Assembly (NCBI GenBank): GCA_030038175.1 | Contig: JASHPN010000372.1 | Location: 2,169-66,168 of the forward strand | Source of the DNA: Verrucomicrobiia bacterium | Lineage (GTDB): Bacteria > Verrucomicrobiota > Verrucomicrobiia > Limisphaerales > UBA11358 | Direction of reading: 5' to 3' | DNA: 64,000 bases | Part shown: positions 44,971-54,898 of the stretch, piece by piece | Position numbering within the stretch: the first letter of the stretch is position 1 | How the letters are laid out: every line of letters starts with the position of its first letter | Notes under the pieces: generated by a model | Databases searched by the model: none | The model's input: the letters and a program-made list of their open reading frames with translations, nothing else | What the model was told of the DNA's origin: nothing | Made by a program: the position numbers and the translations under genes

Positions 44971-45867
44971 TCAGTTGTTGGCAGGTTTCATCAAGCCGAG
45001 ATAAAAGTCCTCGAGGGTCTGCTCATGCGGCGCGATTTCAAAAATCGAAATGTTCCGGCCCACGAGAAACCGCACCACTTCATCCGGACCCACCCGGTCG
45101 GCCAGGGAGATCAACCGCCCGTCGCGATGGCCGTTGATCAGTTTCGCCTCGCGCAATTGCGCCACCGCCGCCGCGAAATCTCCGGCGCGCAGGCGCATCC
45201 AGCTTTGTGTGCGCGTGGCCGCGGTCACCGTCCCCTCAAAAATCTTTTCTCCGCGGTTCAGCACGGCGATGCGCGTGCACAGTTGTTCCACTTCCGTCAG
45301 CAAATGAGACGAAAAAAGGATGGTCAGCCCCAGGTCCCGGTGCAGCCGCAGAATGGTTTGCCGCATGTCATGAATGCCTTCGGGATCGAGCCCGTCGCCC
45401 GGCTCATCGAGGATCAGCAGTTCCGGCTGCGGCAACAGGGCTTGCGCCAGGGCCAGGCGCGCGCGCATCCCATGCGAATAGGTTTTGACCCGGGATTTTT
45501 CCCGGCCGCTCAAGCCTACCCAATCAATCACTTCGCGAATGCGCCCGGCGCTGGTCGGCGCGGAATAGTGGCTCAGGATTTCCAGGTTTCGCCAGCCGCT
45601 CAGATAATCGTAGAAGGCGGGGGATTCGAAGATCGCGCCAACTCTGGCCAGGGCTGGTCCGCGCGCCGCCGTGACATCGTGTCCGCAGACGCGCACTTCG
45701 CCACTGGTGGGCCAGACCTGGCCGAGCATCATCCCAATGGTCGTGCTTTTGCCCGCGCCATTGTGGCCAAGCAATCCAAAAATCTCGCCCCGGCCGACTT
45801 CGAGATCAAGGTTTCGTACGGCCGGTTGCGCGCCAAAATGTTTGCTGAGCTTGCGCAGCGAGATCAT
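44971..45867 (-). CDS. ABC transporter ATP-binding protein
   Basis: 298 aa. Walker [10 protein letters not shown], a signature-like YSHGMRARL, Walker [13 protein letters not shown], and an H-loop (SSHLL). Its start forms an ATGA overlap with the upstream stop (45864-45867). Confidence 0.92.
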   Translation of the reverse strand: MISLRKLSKHFGAQPAVRNLDLEVGRGEIFGLLGHNGAGKSTTIGMMLGQVWPTSGEVRVCGHDVTAARGPALARVGAIFESPAFYDYLSGWRNLEILSHYSAPTSAGRIREVIDWVGLSGREKSRVKTYSHGMRARLALAQALLPQPELLILDEPGDGLDPEGIHDMRQTILRLHRDLGLTILFSSHLLTEVEQLCTRIAVLNRGEKIFEGTVTAATRTQSWMRLRAGDFAAAVAQLREAKLINGHRDGRLISLADRVGPDEVVRFLVGRNISIFEIAPHEQTLEDFYLGLMKPANN

Positions 45868-46382
45868 GGAAGTTCAATGAAATTTTTGACGTGCTCGTCG
45901 GCGTAGAGGTAATTGATCGCATGGGGCGAGCCGGGGGGGCCATGAAAGCTTTGCTTGTCGAAAAAGACCGGGATTTGATCCAGCGAATAGGTCGTTCCCA
46001 AAAGTTCGAGATGAGGAGTGCTGGCATTCGCGCCGTTGAGAAGAAAATTCCAGGAATAACTTGAGCCGGTCAATTCAAAAATCTTTTGGTTGTCCGAGGG
46101 GCAGCGCAACACGTTCGTCGTGCTGAGCTGGTTCATCAGCACCTTGTTGACGGAGTTGGTGGGCGGCCCATTGGTGGCCTGGTCCCACATCACCGGCAGG
46201 TAGTTGTTGTTTTCGTCAATATAGGTTTCCAGGGCCATGCCGATCTGGTGCAGGTTGTTGCGGCAGGAAGTGCTGCGGCCGCGTTCGGTGGCCTGGGAAA
46301 GCACCGGCAACAGGATGGCCGCCAGGATGGCCATGATCGCGATGACGACCAGCATTTCGATCAAGGTGAAGGCGCGTTTCAT
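45864..46382 (-). CDS. Prepilin-type N-terminal cleavage/methylation domain protein (pseudopilin-like, H-X9-DG-type tail)
   Basis: ATG at 46382 gives [28 protein letters not shown] (class III signal). The C-terminus [12 protein letters not shown] resembles the H-X9-DG motif common in PVC genomes. Confidence 0.85.
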   Translation of the reverse strand: MKRAFTLIEMLVVIAIMAILAAILLPVLSQATERGRSTSCRNNLHQIGMALETYIDENNNYLPVMWDQATNGPPTNSVNKVLMNQLSTTNVLRCPSDNQKIFELTGSSYSWNFLLNGANASTPHLELLGTTYSLDQIPVFFDKQSFHGPPGSPHAINYLYADEHVKNFIELP

Positions 46383-46408
46383 GGCGATCCTGAAAAATTG
46401 CGGCGCAT

Positions 46409-47026
46409 TCAATGAATTCTTCCCTGCCGGATTTCCGTTTGCATTTGTTCCAGCAACGGCGCCAGCTCCGCCTTGGTCTCGGCGCTGCTGTTGGCGTAAA
46501 ATTGATTCAGGCCGATTTGCCGGACCTGTTGTTCCAATTCCGGACTGAGCGGCGGCGGGCCATTCGGGCCATAATTGCCCATGCTGCCGTCCGCTCCCGC
46601 CGCGCCCTGGGCCTGCAGCTTTTTGAGGGCGTCATCAATCATTTTTTTTCGCTGGCCGGCCGGCAACTGGCTGAAGGTATCCATCATTTGTTTGACTCCG
46701 CTCGGCAGCGTTGCATTGATAAATTTCGCCTTTTCCCCCTCGCTCATTTCGGCGAACCATTTTTTCCAACCGTTGTCCAGCCGCCATTTCATCCGCTCTT
46801 CCGGCGAGAGGGCATTGACTTCCCGGGCCAGTTCTTCGATGGCTTTTTCGCGTTCATCGGCGGACATTCCGGACAAGTCCGTGCCCGCAACGAATTGTTC
46901 AACGCGGTCGGCCGTCATTTTTGCCCGGGCGGAAAAGTGAAAAATCGCCAGCGCCACGGCCCACACTGCCGCCAGCGCGACCGCGGTCTGGACGAGCAAA
47001 CGAACTCGGCGGTCCTTGTTTGTCAT
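46409..47026 (-). CDS. Hypothetical single-pass membrane protein
   Basis: 205 aa. N-terminal TM ([20 protein letters not shown]) followed by a charged helical domain. Lies 74 nt downstream of the PKS stop on the same strand. Confidence 0.55.
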   Translation of the reverse strand: MTNKDRRVRLLVQTAVALAAVWAVALAIFHFSARAKMTADRVEQFVAGTDLSGMSADEREKAIEELAREVNALSPEERMKWRLDNGWKKWFAEMSEGEKAKFINATLPSGVKQMMDTFSQLPAGQRKKMIDDALKKLQAQGAAGADGSMGNYGPNGPPPLSPELEQQVRQIGLNQFYANSSAETKAELAPLLEQMQTEIRQGRIH

Positions 47027-47100
47027 GAAACGAATATAGTCAATCCGAAAGATTCCGGCAAAAATAAAACGGGCGGCTGAAAGTGGCGTCCCATAAATAA

Positions 47101-50100
47101 CTAGCCGCTCGCGGCAAGGGATTTTTGACGCACGCGAGGCGCGAGCAGGCTGCCCATGCGCGCCGCCAGCGCTTCCACGCGCGCGGCGTCCAGCATTTCA
47201 AAATGCCGGCCCTCGAGGATTTCCTCGGCGCAGGCGCCCCGCGTAATTTGCCGGGCGGTGGCGGCCGCCAGCCCCGAACCGCTCAATTGCGAGTCGCGCG
47301 CGCGCCACAGGTGGACCGGCGCGTTCACCGGCTCCAATTTCAGGCTGCGAACCATATTGAGGTGGCGCATATATAATTGGAAATAGGATTTGACGCTCGA
47401 GTCCGCTTCTTTGGCCAGATCAAATCCGCGCCGGGCCAGCCAGGCGGAAAGTTCTTTCATTTGCCCCGGCTCATCGCGCGCGGCGATCAACTTTTTCGCG
47501 AGCTGCCCCATGGACGCCTCCAGGCCGTTCTTCCCGTTGGCTTTAAACAGGCCCAGTTGCGTGGAATAATCATAGAGTTCGGCGATCAGAGTTTTCAGCA
47601 CGACGTCGCGCGGGTAATCCGGTTCCAGGACCGCCAGGGGCGAATCCAACATCCCGGCAAAAGAAACAATGCGCCCGCGCCGTTCCAGTTCCCGGGCAAT
47701 CGCGACGGCGAACAAACCGCCGACGGAAAAGCCCGCCAGGCGCACCGGGCCTTCCGGCTGCCTCTGGGTTACAATGTCCGCGTATTGGTTCACCAGAGGT
47801 TCCAGCGCCTGCCATTCCTCGGACGCGCCCGCGACCACCCGCGATTGAATGGCATAAACCGGAAATTCATCCGGCAGTTTCCGGGCGAGTTCATCGTATA
47901 TGTTCGTAAGTCCTCCCGCCGGGTGGACGAAGAAAACCGGGGTCCCCGACGTGCCGGACCGCAAGGTGAGCAACTGTTCCGCGAAAACGTCCGCGACCGG
48001 GGCGGCCGGGGCATGTTCCGGCGCGGGCTTTGGCTTTTCGTCCGCGTCGCCCTTGCTCGATGCGAGTGACTGGTTGCAAATCTCCAGGATCACTGCGGCG
48101 AGATGATTGACCGACGTATTGGCCCCAAACTTTCCCGGCGGCAGCGAGATGCCAAACTGCATTTCCAGCCGGTTCATTAGTTCAAAAGCCATTAACGAAT
48201 CCACTCCCAGCTCTTTCAACGGCCGGGCCGGATCCAGTTTGGCCGGATTCATTCGCAGCACCTTGGCCGCCGACTCGGTGACCCGGGAAACCACCAGGGA
48301 CATTCGGTTCTCCGGCGGCGTGGAGGACAGAAGTTCCCGGATGTCCCCGTCGGCCCCGGAGTTTCCCGGGTCCATGGCCTGATGGATTTCCGAGTAACGC
48401 GGCGACCGGAACGGGGCCGACGCGAATAGTTTTCGCCAATCCACGTGCATGAAAGCGATTTGCTCCGCGTCGCTTTGCATCAGCCGGCCGAGCATGTCCG
48501 TGGCCTGGATTGGCGGCAGGCCATAGACGCCGTGCGCGGTCATATTTTCCGCCGCCCGTTTGTTTCGCGCCAGCATGCCCACGTCGGCCAGGGCGCCCCA
48601 ATTGACGGACAAGGCCGGCAGGCCGATCGCCCGCCGGTAATGCGCCATGCCATCCAGGAAACTATTGGCCGCGGCATAGTTCGCCTGCCCTGCGGCGCCA
48701 CAAAGCGCGCTGAGGGATGAAAACATCACGAAATGGTCCAGGCGCATTCCCCGGGTGGCGCGATGCAAATTCCACGTGCCCGTGACTTTGGGCGCCATCA
48801 CTCGTGAAAACCGTTCCGGCGTGAGCTGCAAAAGGAGTCCGTCATCCAACCCCGCCGCCGCATGGAAAACCCCGCGCAAAGGCGGAAATTTTTCCTTCGC
48901 CAATTTAAACAGCCGCTTCACGTCCCGTTCATTCACGATGTCCGCTTTGACCGCCAGCACCTTTGCCCCGGATGCGCGAAGCGCCGCCATCGCCTCCCTG
49001 GCCTCCGGCAGGACCGTTCCACGACGACCTGCCAAAATCAAATGCCGCGCCCCGCGGTCCGCCAGCCACCGGCCCACGGCCAGGCCAAAGCCGCCTAATC
49101 CGCCGGTAATCAGGTAGGAAGCGCGAGTGGGAAATTCTATCTTCTCCCGCGGCGGAATCCGCTTCGGAACCACCGGCACGCCATCCATTTTGAGGACAAT
49201 TTTGCCAATATGTTTGGTTTGCGCCATGAGGCGAAATGCCTCCGCCGCTTCCGTAACGGGCATCGTCTGGTGCGGCAGGGCTTTGAGTTTTCCGGTGCGG
49301 ATCAATTGTATGACCGTTTGCAACAGGTTCCGGGCCGTTTCCTGCTGTTCGGCCAGCACCTGGCCCATGTCAATCGCAAACAACGATAGATTGTTTCGGA
49401 AGGGGCGCAGTCCGATGGCGCTGTCGGCGTAGATATCACGCTTTCCGATTTCCAGAAATCGCCCGCCCGGCGCCAGCGTGGACAGTCCCTTGGCAATGCC
49501 ATCGCCGGAAAGCGAATTCAGGACCAGATTCACCCCCGCGCCGCCCGTCAGCTTTCGGATTTCGCCGGCAAACGCCGTTGACCGCGAATCCATGACGTGC
49601 CGGATGCCGAGCCGCCGGAGATAAGCCCTCTTTTTACCGGTGCCGGCCGTGGCAAAAATTTCGGCCCCCGCCAGTTTTGCGATTTGAATGGCCGCCAGCC
49701 CGACGCCGCCCGTGGCCGCGTGGATGAGGATTTTTTCCCCCCGCTGGATCCGTCCCAGGTGATGCAGCGCATACCAGGCCGTCATAAAGGCGACCGGAAT
49801 CGTGGCCGCCTCGGGGGCGGTGAGGCCGGGCGGTTTGTGAACCGCGAACGCGGCCGGCACAGTGGTGTGCGAGGCAAAGCACCCGGCGCTGTTCGCAATG
49901 ACTTCGTCACCGGTGTGAAACTCTTTAACTCCTTTGCCCACCCGCACGACCCGGCCCGAACATTCATCGCCCAGCAACAAATCCAGGTCGCTGTTCACGG
50001 GATAAATGCCCAGCGATTTCATGACGTCGCGGAAATTCAGCGATGCCGCGCTAATCTCAATTTCGATTTCATTGCGTCCAGGCTCGCGCCGCGGCACTTC

Positions 50101-53100
50101 CACAAGGGCCAGTGCGTCCAGGACGCCGGAGGCCGGAAGGCAGAGTTGGTAACCGGATTGTTCCGAAACCGGATTTGCCGGCGGATGGCGCTCCAGCGTC
50201 GTGTTCGAAAGGCGTCCGGCGAACCGTTCGTTTTTTCGCCAGGCCACTTCCGTTTCGCCGTCGCTGCCCGCAAGCTCCCGCAGCAAATGCGCGGCATTTT
50301 CTTTTGGATTTGTCCCGCCGAGGTCCACCAGGCGCGACGGCCATTTTGCAAATTCGTTGATGACCGTGCGCCCCAGGCCAATGACCGGCGATTGTGCGAC
50401 GGAAACGTTTTCGCCGGCCTGCACCGGCTGCGCGCGCCGCGTCACCATCCAAAGTTTCAAGGCAGCGTGCTCGGGCGCCAGGACCTGCGCCAATTGCATC
50501 AAACTGTGGCAACCGGCGATTTCGGCGCGCCGGAGCGCCGCCGAATCCAGGCTCGCCGGTTCGGCCCCGTCCAATGCCCAGAGATGAACAATGCCTGCGA
50601 GGGAATGGCCGTTGGTGGCGTTGATCTGCGAGAGCAATCGCGGCCAATCAGGTGATGCCGCGCACAATTCAAACGAGTCCGCGCCGAGGCGCTGGAGTTT
50701 GTCGCCGGCAAAAACAAGGACCGGCCGGACTCCCCGCTTCTTGAGCAGGCCGGCCAGTTCGAGCGCCACTCCGGAATGGTCCGCGCACAGCACCCACGTG
50801 CCCCGGGCCAGCCGTTTTCCAGTGCCTAACGGTTTTGGTATCCACGTATTTTCATACAGCCAGTTGTCCGGATTGTTGGCCCGGCTCGAAGACATGCCCC
50901 GGACGGCCTGGGCGCGAAAGCCCTGGATTTCCATCAGCACGTTGCCCGACGCATCGGTCACTTGAAAATTCGACGCCGTGGCGTGTGTCCCCGCCGCGAT
51001 GACTTGCGAGTGGCAATACATTTCCCGGGTCGCGGGCGCGAACACCGTGATCCGGTCAATATGCGCCGGCAACAGTGTTCCGGTGCTGATGACCGACCGC
51101 GGAACGGCAAATAACGATGTTTGGAAACACGAATCCAGCTGCGCCGGATGGAAGACATAATTTTTGGCGCCGCGCCGGAGTTGCTTCGGCAGGCGCACCC
51201 GTCCCAGCGCTTCGCCGTCGCGGCGCCAAAGCGCGTCCACGCCCTGGAACGACGGCCCGAACAGATATCCAGAGTGTTCGCAGGCAGCGTAGATCTGCGC
51301 GGAAGTCAGCTCCACGGCCATGCGTTTCCGCACCGCTTGCAAGTTCACCGGCGCGGGACGGCTGGCCGCCAGGGGCCGCAATTTTGCCGCGGCGTTCAGG
51401 GTCCACTCGCCCTCGGTATCCGAAGCCCGGCTCAAGAATTTCAAACGCCCGTCCGCCGGCGTGTATTCCGTCTGCAATTGCATCGGCTCCTTGTTGTCCG
51501 AAAGGAATAGAACTTTCTGAAACTCCATGTCCTCGACCTCGATGGCCCGGCGGGAATGCAAGGCGTGACCGGCTCCCAGGGCCGCTTCGATGTACGCCGC
51601 GCCGGGAAAGACGATGTGGTCCTGGACGCGATGTTCCTTGAGATACGGAAACATTTCCAGATCCAGCCAGGTGTTCCAGGTCGGCTTGGCCGTGCGCAGT
51701 TGCGCCATTAAAAGCGGATGCGCGGGCCGCGCCATCCGCGCCGCATGCATCGCGGCCGTTTCGCGCCAGTACTTTTCCCGTTGCCACGGATACGACGGCA
51801 GCGCCGTTTCGGCGTTGGCCTGCGGGTAAAACCGGCTCCAATCCACGGCCGCGCCGGCCGTGTGCATCGCCGCCAGGTTGGAAAGCATCGAGAATACCTC
51901 AGGCTCCTTGCGGCGCAATGAAACGAAAACTTTTCCCGGCGCGGAACGCCGCGCCAGCGTTTCAGAAATGGATACGGCCAAAACCGGATGCGGGCTTAAT
52001 TCCAGGAAATAGCGGTGTCCCTCGGCAACCAGCGCCGAGATGGCCTGGGCGAATTGCACGGGCTGGCGCACGTTATGCCACCAGTAATCGGCTCGAAAAT
52101 CGCCGTTCCCGGCCGCGCGCCCGGTGACCGTGGAGAAAATCTTCAGCGTCGGCGGAGAGGCCGCCACCTCTCCCAGCGCCCGCAGCAGCGGCTTTTGCAC
52201 GCCGTCCATGTGGTGGCTGTGGAAGGCATAATTCACGTGCAGGAAACGGTTGAAGGTTCCCTGGTGATCGAGGGTCCGCGCAATGGTTTTAAGCACATCG
52301 CCTTCGCCTGAAAAAGTGACGGATTGCGGACTGTTGATCGCCGCGACGGCGGCCTGGCCGTTAAATTTCGCGGCCATTTCCTTGGCGGCATTTTCATCCA
52401 ATCCCGCCGCGAGCATGCGCCCGGCATCCGAGGCGGCGTCCATGCAATGCCCGCGAATGAAGATGACCCGCGCCGCTTCGCGCAGCTCCAGGACGCCCGC
52501 GACGTGCGCCGCCGCGGCCTCGCCCACGCTGTGCCCCACCACCGCCGCCGGCCGCACGCCCCACGACTGCCACAATTCCGAAAGCGCCACTTGCAAGGCA
52601 AAAATCGCAGGCTGCGCAATGGCGGTCTGCTGGAGCCGGGAGCTTCTCTCGCTGCGGCTCAGTTCTTCCAGCAAAGACCAGCCGCCAAACTCGCGAAACA
52701 GCTCGTCGCACTCTTCAATCTTCTTCCGAAATAGTGTGTTGGTCTTTAACAACTCGCGTCCCATGCCCCGCCATTGAGGCCCCTGGCCGGAAAAAACGAA
52801 GACCGGGCCGGCGCCGGCGGCTGCTTCGCCGGCAATAATCGCCGGCGCGGTCCGTCCGGCGGCGAAATCAGCCAGCCGCGACGCCAGGTCGCCGCGGGAA
52901 TCACCGATGACACAAAGCCGGTTTGAGAAATGCGAACGTCGCGCCGCCGCCGCGGCGCACACGGCGCCGGCATCGGTTGTCTTCTTTGTCAGCAACTTCC
53001 GATAGTTTTTCGCCACCGCCTTCAGCGCCTCGGGCCCCTGCGCGGAAATGGTTAGGACCAATGGCCTGCCTGCAAAATCTTTCCGTATATCCTGGTAGGG

Positions 53101-54525
53101 ACGCCGCGCTGCGGCGTCAGCGCCGCGTTCAGCGGCGCAACCATGTGGCGCGCCGTTTCCTGGCGGGAGATTCTCCTTCGCCCGCTCCGCGCGGGCGGGG
53201 ACATCGCAACTCGACCTCCCGCCCATGGAATCCGGCGCCGATTCCAAAATCGCGTGTGCATTCGCGCCGCCGAAACCGAAGGAATTGACCCCCGCTAACA
53301 ATCGTCCGGAGTCCGCCGGAAATTTCCGGCGGCGATTGACCACGCGGAGTTTCAGTTTTGCAAAGTCAATGTTTGGATTGGGTTTTTTGAAATGGAGGCT
53401 CGGCGGAATTTCCCGATGCTTCAAAACCAGCGCCGCTTTGATGAGACTGGCAATCCCCGCGGCCGCTTCCGTATGGCCGATATTGGTTTTGACCGAGCCG
53501 ATGAGGCACGGTTTTGCGCGACCCTCGCCCAGCGCCATCCCCAGGGCATTCGCTTCGATCGGATCGCCCACCGGCGTCCCGGTGCCGTGCGCCTCAATGT
53601 AATCAATCTCCGCCGGGGAAATGTCCGCCGCCGCGCACGCTTCGCGCACCAGCGCCGCCTGCGCATTGAGGCTGGGAACCGTAATGCCGTTGGTTCGCCC
53701 GTCCTGGTTCGCCGCCGTGCTGCGGATCACCGCGTAGATTTTGTCTCCCGCTGCCTGGGCCGCCGATAGCGGTTTGAGGACAATGGCGCCCACGCCTTCC
53801 GCCCGGGCAAACCCGTCCGCGCTCGCGTCGAAGGCCTTGCACCGGCCCTCCGGCGACAGCATCGCCATGCGGCTGAACGCCACAAAGTTGGCGTGGCTGA
53901 GCAAGGCATTGACGCCTCCGACGATCGCCATGCGGCATTCGCCCGCCCATAGGCTTTGGCAGGCCACGTGGCAGGCGTTCAGCGCCGAGGAGCACGCCGT
54001 GTCAATGGCCAGGCTTGGTCCGGCCAAATCAAAACAATACGAAATGCGGTTGGCCGCAATGCTGCCCCCCACGCCGGTGGGCGAATAAATGTCCAGGTTC
54101 GCCCATTCACCGCCGGGATTTTGCATCGTCGCATAATCCGTCGTGGATATGCCCACAAACACTCCCGTGCGTGAGCCGCGCAATTTTTCCAAAATCTGGC
54201 CCGCGTCTTCCAAAGCTTCCAAACTGGCCTCCAGCAACAATCGCTGCTGGGGATCAATGCAATCCGCTTCACGGGCCGAGATGCCGAAGAATGCCGGGTC
54301 AAACAAATCAATTCCTTCGATAAATCCCCCGCGTTTGGTCACCGATTTCCCGCAGCGGCCGGGCGCCGGATCATAATACGCCGCGACACTCCAGCGGTCC
54401 GGCGGGATTTCCCGCGTCGCATCGGCGCCCGCGATGAGCATGTCCCAGAACTGTTGCGGGGAATTTGCGCCGCCAGGGAAACGGCATCCCATTCCGATGA
54501 TGGCAAGAGGTTCTTTTACCGGCAT
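47101..54525 (-). CDS. Type I polyketide synthase, single fully reducing module with thioesterase (KS-AT-DH-psiKR-ER-KR-ACP-TE)
   Basis: 2474 aa. Positions below are approximate and counted by hand.
KS: DTACSSAL (Cys ~178), EAHGTGT, NIGHTEAAAG.
AT: GQGPQW, GHSVGE (Ser ~666), YAFHS.
DH: LKEHRVQDHIVFPGAAY (~aa 960).
ER: LIHAATGGVGLAAIQIAK (~aa 1600).
KR: YLITGGLGGFGLAVGRWL (~aa 1800), with YAAAN further downstream.
ACP: LGVDSLMAFEL (Ser ~2110).
TE: GFSVGG (Ser ~2267). Confidence 0.93.
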   Translation of the reverse strand: MPVKEPLAIIGMGCRFPGGANSPQQFWDMLIAGADATREIPPDRWSVAAYYDPAPGRCGKSVTKRGGFIEGIDLFDPAFFGISAREADCIDPQQRLLLEASLEALEDAGQILEKLRGSRTGVFVGISTTDYATMQNPGGEWANLDIYSPTGVGGSIAANRISYCFDLAGPSLAIDTACSSALNACHVACQSLWAGECRMAIVGGVNALLSHANFVAFSRMAMLSPEGRCKAFDASADGFARAEGVGAIVLKPLSAAQAAGDKIYAVIRSTAANQDGRTNGITVPSLNAQAALVREACAAADISPAEIDYIEAHGTGTPVGDPIEANALGMALGEGRAKPCLIGSVKTNIGHTEAAAGIASLIKAALVLKHREIPPSLHFKKPNPNIDFAKLKLRVVNRRRKFPADSGRLLAGVNSFGFGGANAHAILESAPDSMGGRSSCDVPARAERAKENLPPGNGAPHGCAAERGADAAARRPYQDIRKDFAGRPLVLTISAQGPEALKAVAKNYRKLLTKKTTDAGAVCAAAAARRSHFSNRLCVIGDSRGDLASRLADFAAGRTAPAIIAGEAAAGAGPVFVFSGQGPQWRGMGRELLKTNTLFRKKIEECDELFREFGGWSLLEELSRSERSSRLQQTAIAQPAIFALQVALSELWQSWGVRPAAVVGHSVGEAAAAHVAGVLELREAARVIFIRGHCMDAASDAGRMLAAGLDENAAKEMAAKFNGQAAVAAINSPQSVTFSGEGDVLKTIARTLDHQGTFNRFLHVNYAFHSHHMDGVQKPLLRALGEVAASPPTLKIFSTVTGRAAGNGDFRADYWWHNVRQPVQFAQAISALVAEGHRYFLELSPHPVLAVSISETLARRSAPGKVFVSLRRKEPEVFSMLSNLAAMHTAGAAVDWSRFYPQANAETALPSYPWQREKYWRETAAMHAARMARPAHPLLMAQLRTAKPTWNTWLDLEMFPYLKEHRVQDHIVFPGAAYIEAALGAGHALHSRRAIEVEDMEFQKVLFLSDNKEPMQLQTEYTPADGRLKFLSRASDTEGEWTLNAAAKLRPLAASRPAPVNLQAVRKRMAVELTSAQIYAACEHSGYLFGPSFQGVDALWRRDGEALGRVRLPKQLRRGAKNYVFHPAQLDSCFQTSLFAVPRSVISTGTLLPAHIDRITVFAPATREMYCHSQVIAAGTHATASNFQVTDASGNVLMEIQGFRAQAVRGMSSSRANNPDNWLYENTWIPKPLGTGKRLARGTWVLCADHSGVALELAGLLKKRGVRPVLVFAGDKLQRLGADSFELCAASPDWPRLLSQINATNGHSLAGIVHLWALDGAEPASLDSAALRRAEIAGCHSLMQLAQVLAPEHAALKLWMVTRRAQPVQAGENVSVAQSPVIGLGRTVINEFAKWPSRLVDLGGTNPKENAAHLLRELAGSDGETEVAWRKNERFAGRLSNTTLERHPPANPVSEQSGYQLCLPASGVLDALALVEVPRREPGRNEIEIEISAASLNFRDVMKSLGIYPVNSDLDLLLGDECSGRVVRVGKGVKEFHTGDEVIANSAGCFASHTTVPAAFAVHKPPGLTAPEAATIPVAFMTAWYALHHLGRIQRGEKILIHAATGGVGLAAIQIAKLAGAEIFATAGTGKKRAYLRRLGIRHVMDSRSTAFAGEIRKLTGGAGVNLVLNSLSGDGIAKGLSTLAPGGRFLEIGKRDIYADSAIGLRPFRNNLSLFAIDMGQVLAEQQETARNLLQTVIQLIRTGKLKALPHQTMPVTEAAEAFRLMAQTKHIGKIVLKMDGVPVVPKRIPPREKIEFPTRASYLITGGLGGFGLAVGRWLADRGARHLILAGRRGTVLPEAREAMAALRASGAKVLAVKADIVNERDVKRLFKLAKEKFPPLRGVFHAAAGLDDGLLLQLTPERFSRVMAPKVTGTWNLHRATRGMRLDHFVMFSSLSALCGAAGQANYAAANSFLDGMAHYRRAIGLPALSVNWGALADVGMLARNKRAAENMTAHGVYGLPPIQATDMLGRLMQSDAEQIAFMHVDWRKLFASAPFRSPRYSEIHQAMDPGNSGADGDIRELLSSTPPENRMSLVVSRVTESAAKVLRMNPAKLDPARPLKELGVDSLMAFELMNRLEMQFGISLPPGKFGANTSVNHLAAVILEICNQSLASSKGDADEKPKPAPEHAPAAPVADVFAEQLLTLRSGTSGTPVFFVHPAGGLTNIYDELARKLPDEFPVYAIQSRVVAGASEEWQALEPLVNQYADIVTQRQPEGPVRLAGFSVGGLFAVAIARELERRGRIVSFAGMLDSPLAVLEPDYPRDVVLKTLIAELYDYSTQLGLFKANGKNGLEASMGQLAKKLIAARDEPGQMKELSAWLARRGFDLAKEADSSVKSYFQLYMRHLNMVRSLKLEPVNAPVHLWRARDSQLSGSGLAAATARQITRGACAEEILEGRHFEMLDAARVEALAARMGSLLAPRVRQKSLAASG
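53093..53196. repeat. Three-hairpin repeat element, copy embedded in frame in the PKS KS-AT linker
   Basis: The 48-nt core at 53093-53140 matches 33370-33417 at 45 of 48 positions (hand-aligned). The distal hairpin CGCCCG-N7-CGGGCG sits at the same offset. On the coding strand it is translated as ...NGAPHGCAAERGADAAARRPYQD... Confidence 0.8.
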
Positions 54526-54768
54526 ACGGTTATGGAAAAAGTGATCGTGGGACGGAAAGCGGCTAAAACCAGCATGTTCAATCGCCGTAATAACATTTTA
54601 TCCATGATTCGTTCCTTCAGGGACTGTATTTTACCGAATCAGAATAAAAAATGCACGGAAAAATATCCGGTAATCGCCAAAATTTTAACGAATATCTGGC
54701 GCTGTGTGGTAAGCCGAATCCGGGGTGGCAATCCCGCCGTCTTCCACGGCAAACGCGCCCCCATTCCA

Positions 54769-54898
54769 GAGCGCGGCTGTGTGCGGCAGCGCCAGCCGCA
54801 GCACGTTGCCAGCCGGAAGCCTTGCGCATACGGCACGGTTCAATGCTTGCGGACGTGCTGCGACTGATCCCGCTCGGAGCGGGACACAGTCGCGCTCC
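54769..54898. repeat. MITE-like non-coding element with inverted termini (short variant), followed by a degenerate partial copy at about 54902-54990
   Basis: GAGCGCGGCTGTGTGCGGCAGCGCCAGCCGCAGCACG ... GCTGCGACTGATCCCGCTCGGAGCGGGACACAGTCGCGCTCC, with the same arms and length class as 43988-44114. The adjacent GGAGCGCGGCTGCC... and ...GTCCAGCCGCAGCACGCT fragments suggest a second, decayed copy. Confidence 0.75.

Noticed and set aside
44908-45906. 332-aa plus-strand ORF opposite the ABC ATPase gene
   Set aside because: The reverse strand has Walker A, Walker B and H-loop motifs. The plus-strand product is an Arg/Gln/Pro-rich shadow.
47125-54376. Many 60-350-aa ORFs on both strands inside the PKS gene (for example 49597-50655 + and 51056-51841 -)
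   Set aside because: All are nested within one uninterrupted 2474-codon frame that carries a full set of PKS catalytic motifs.
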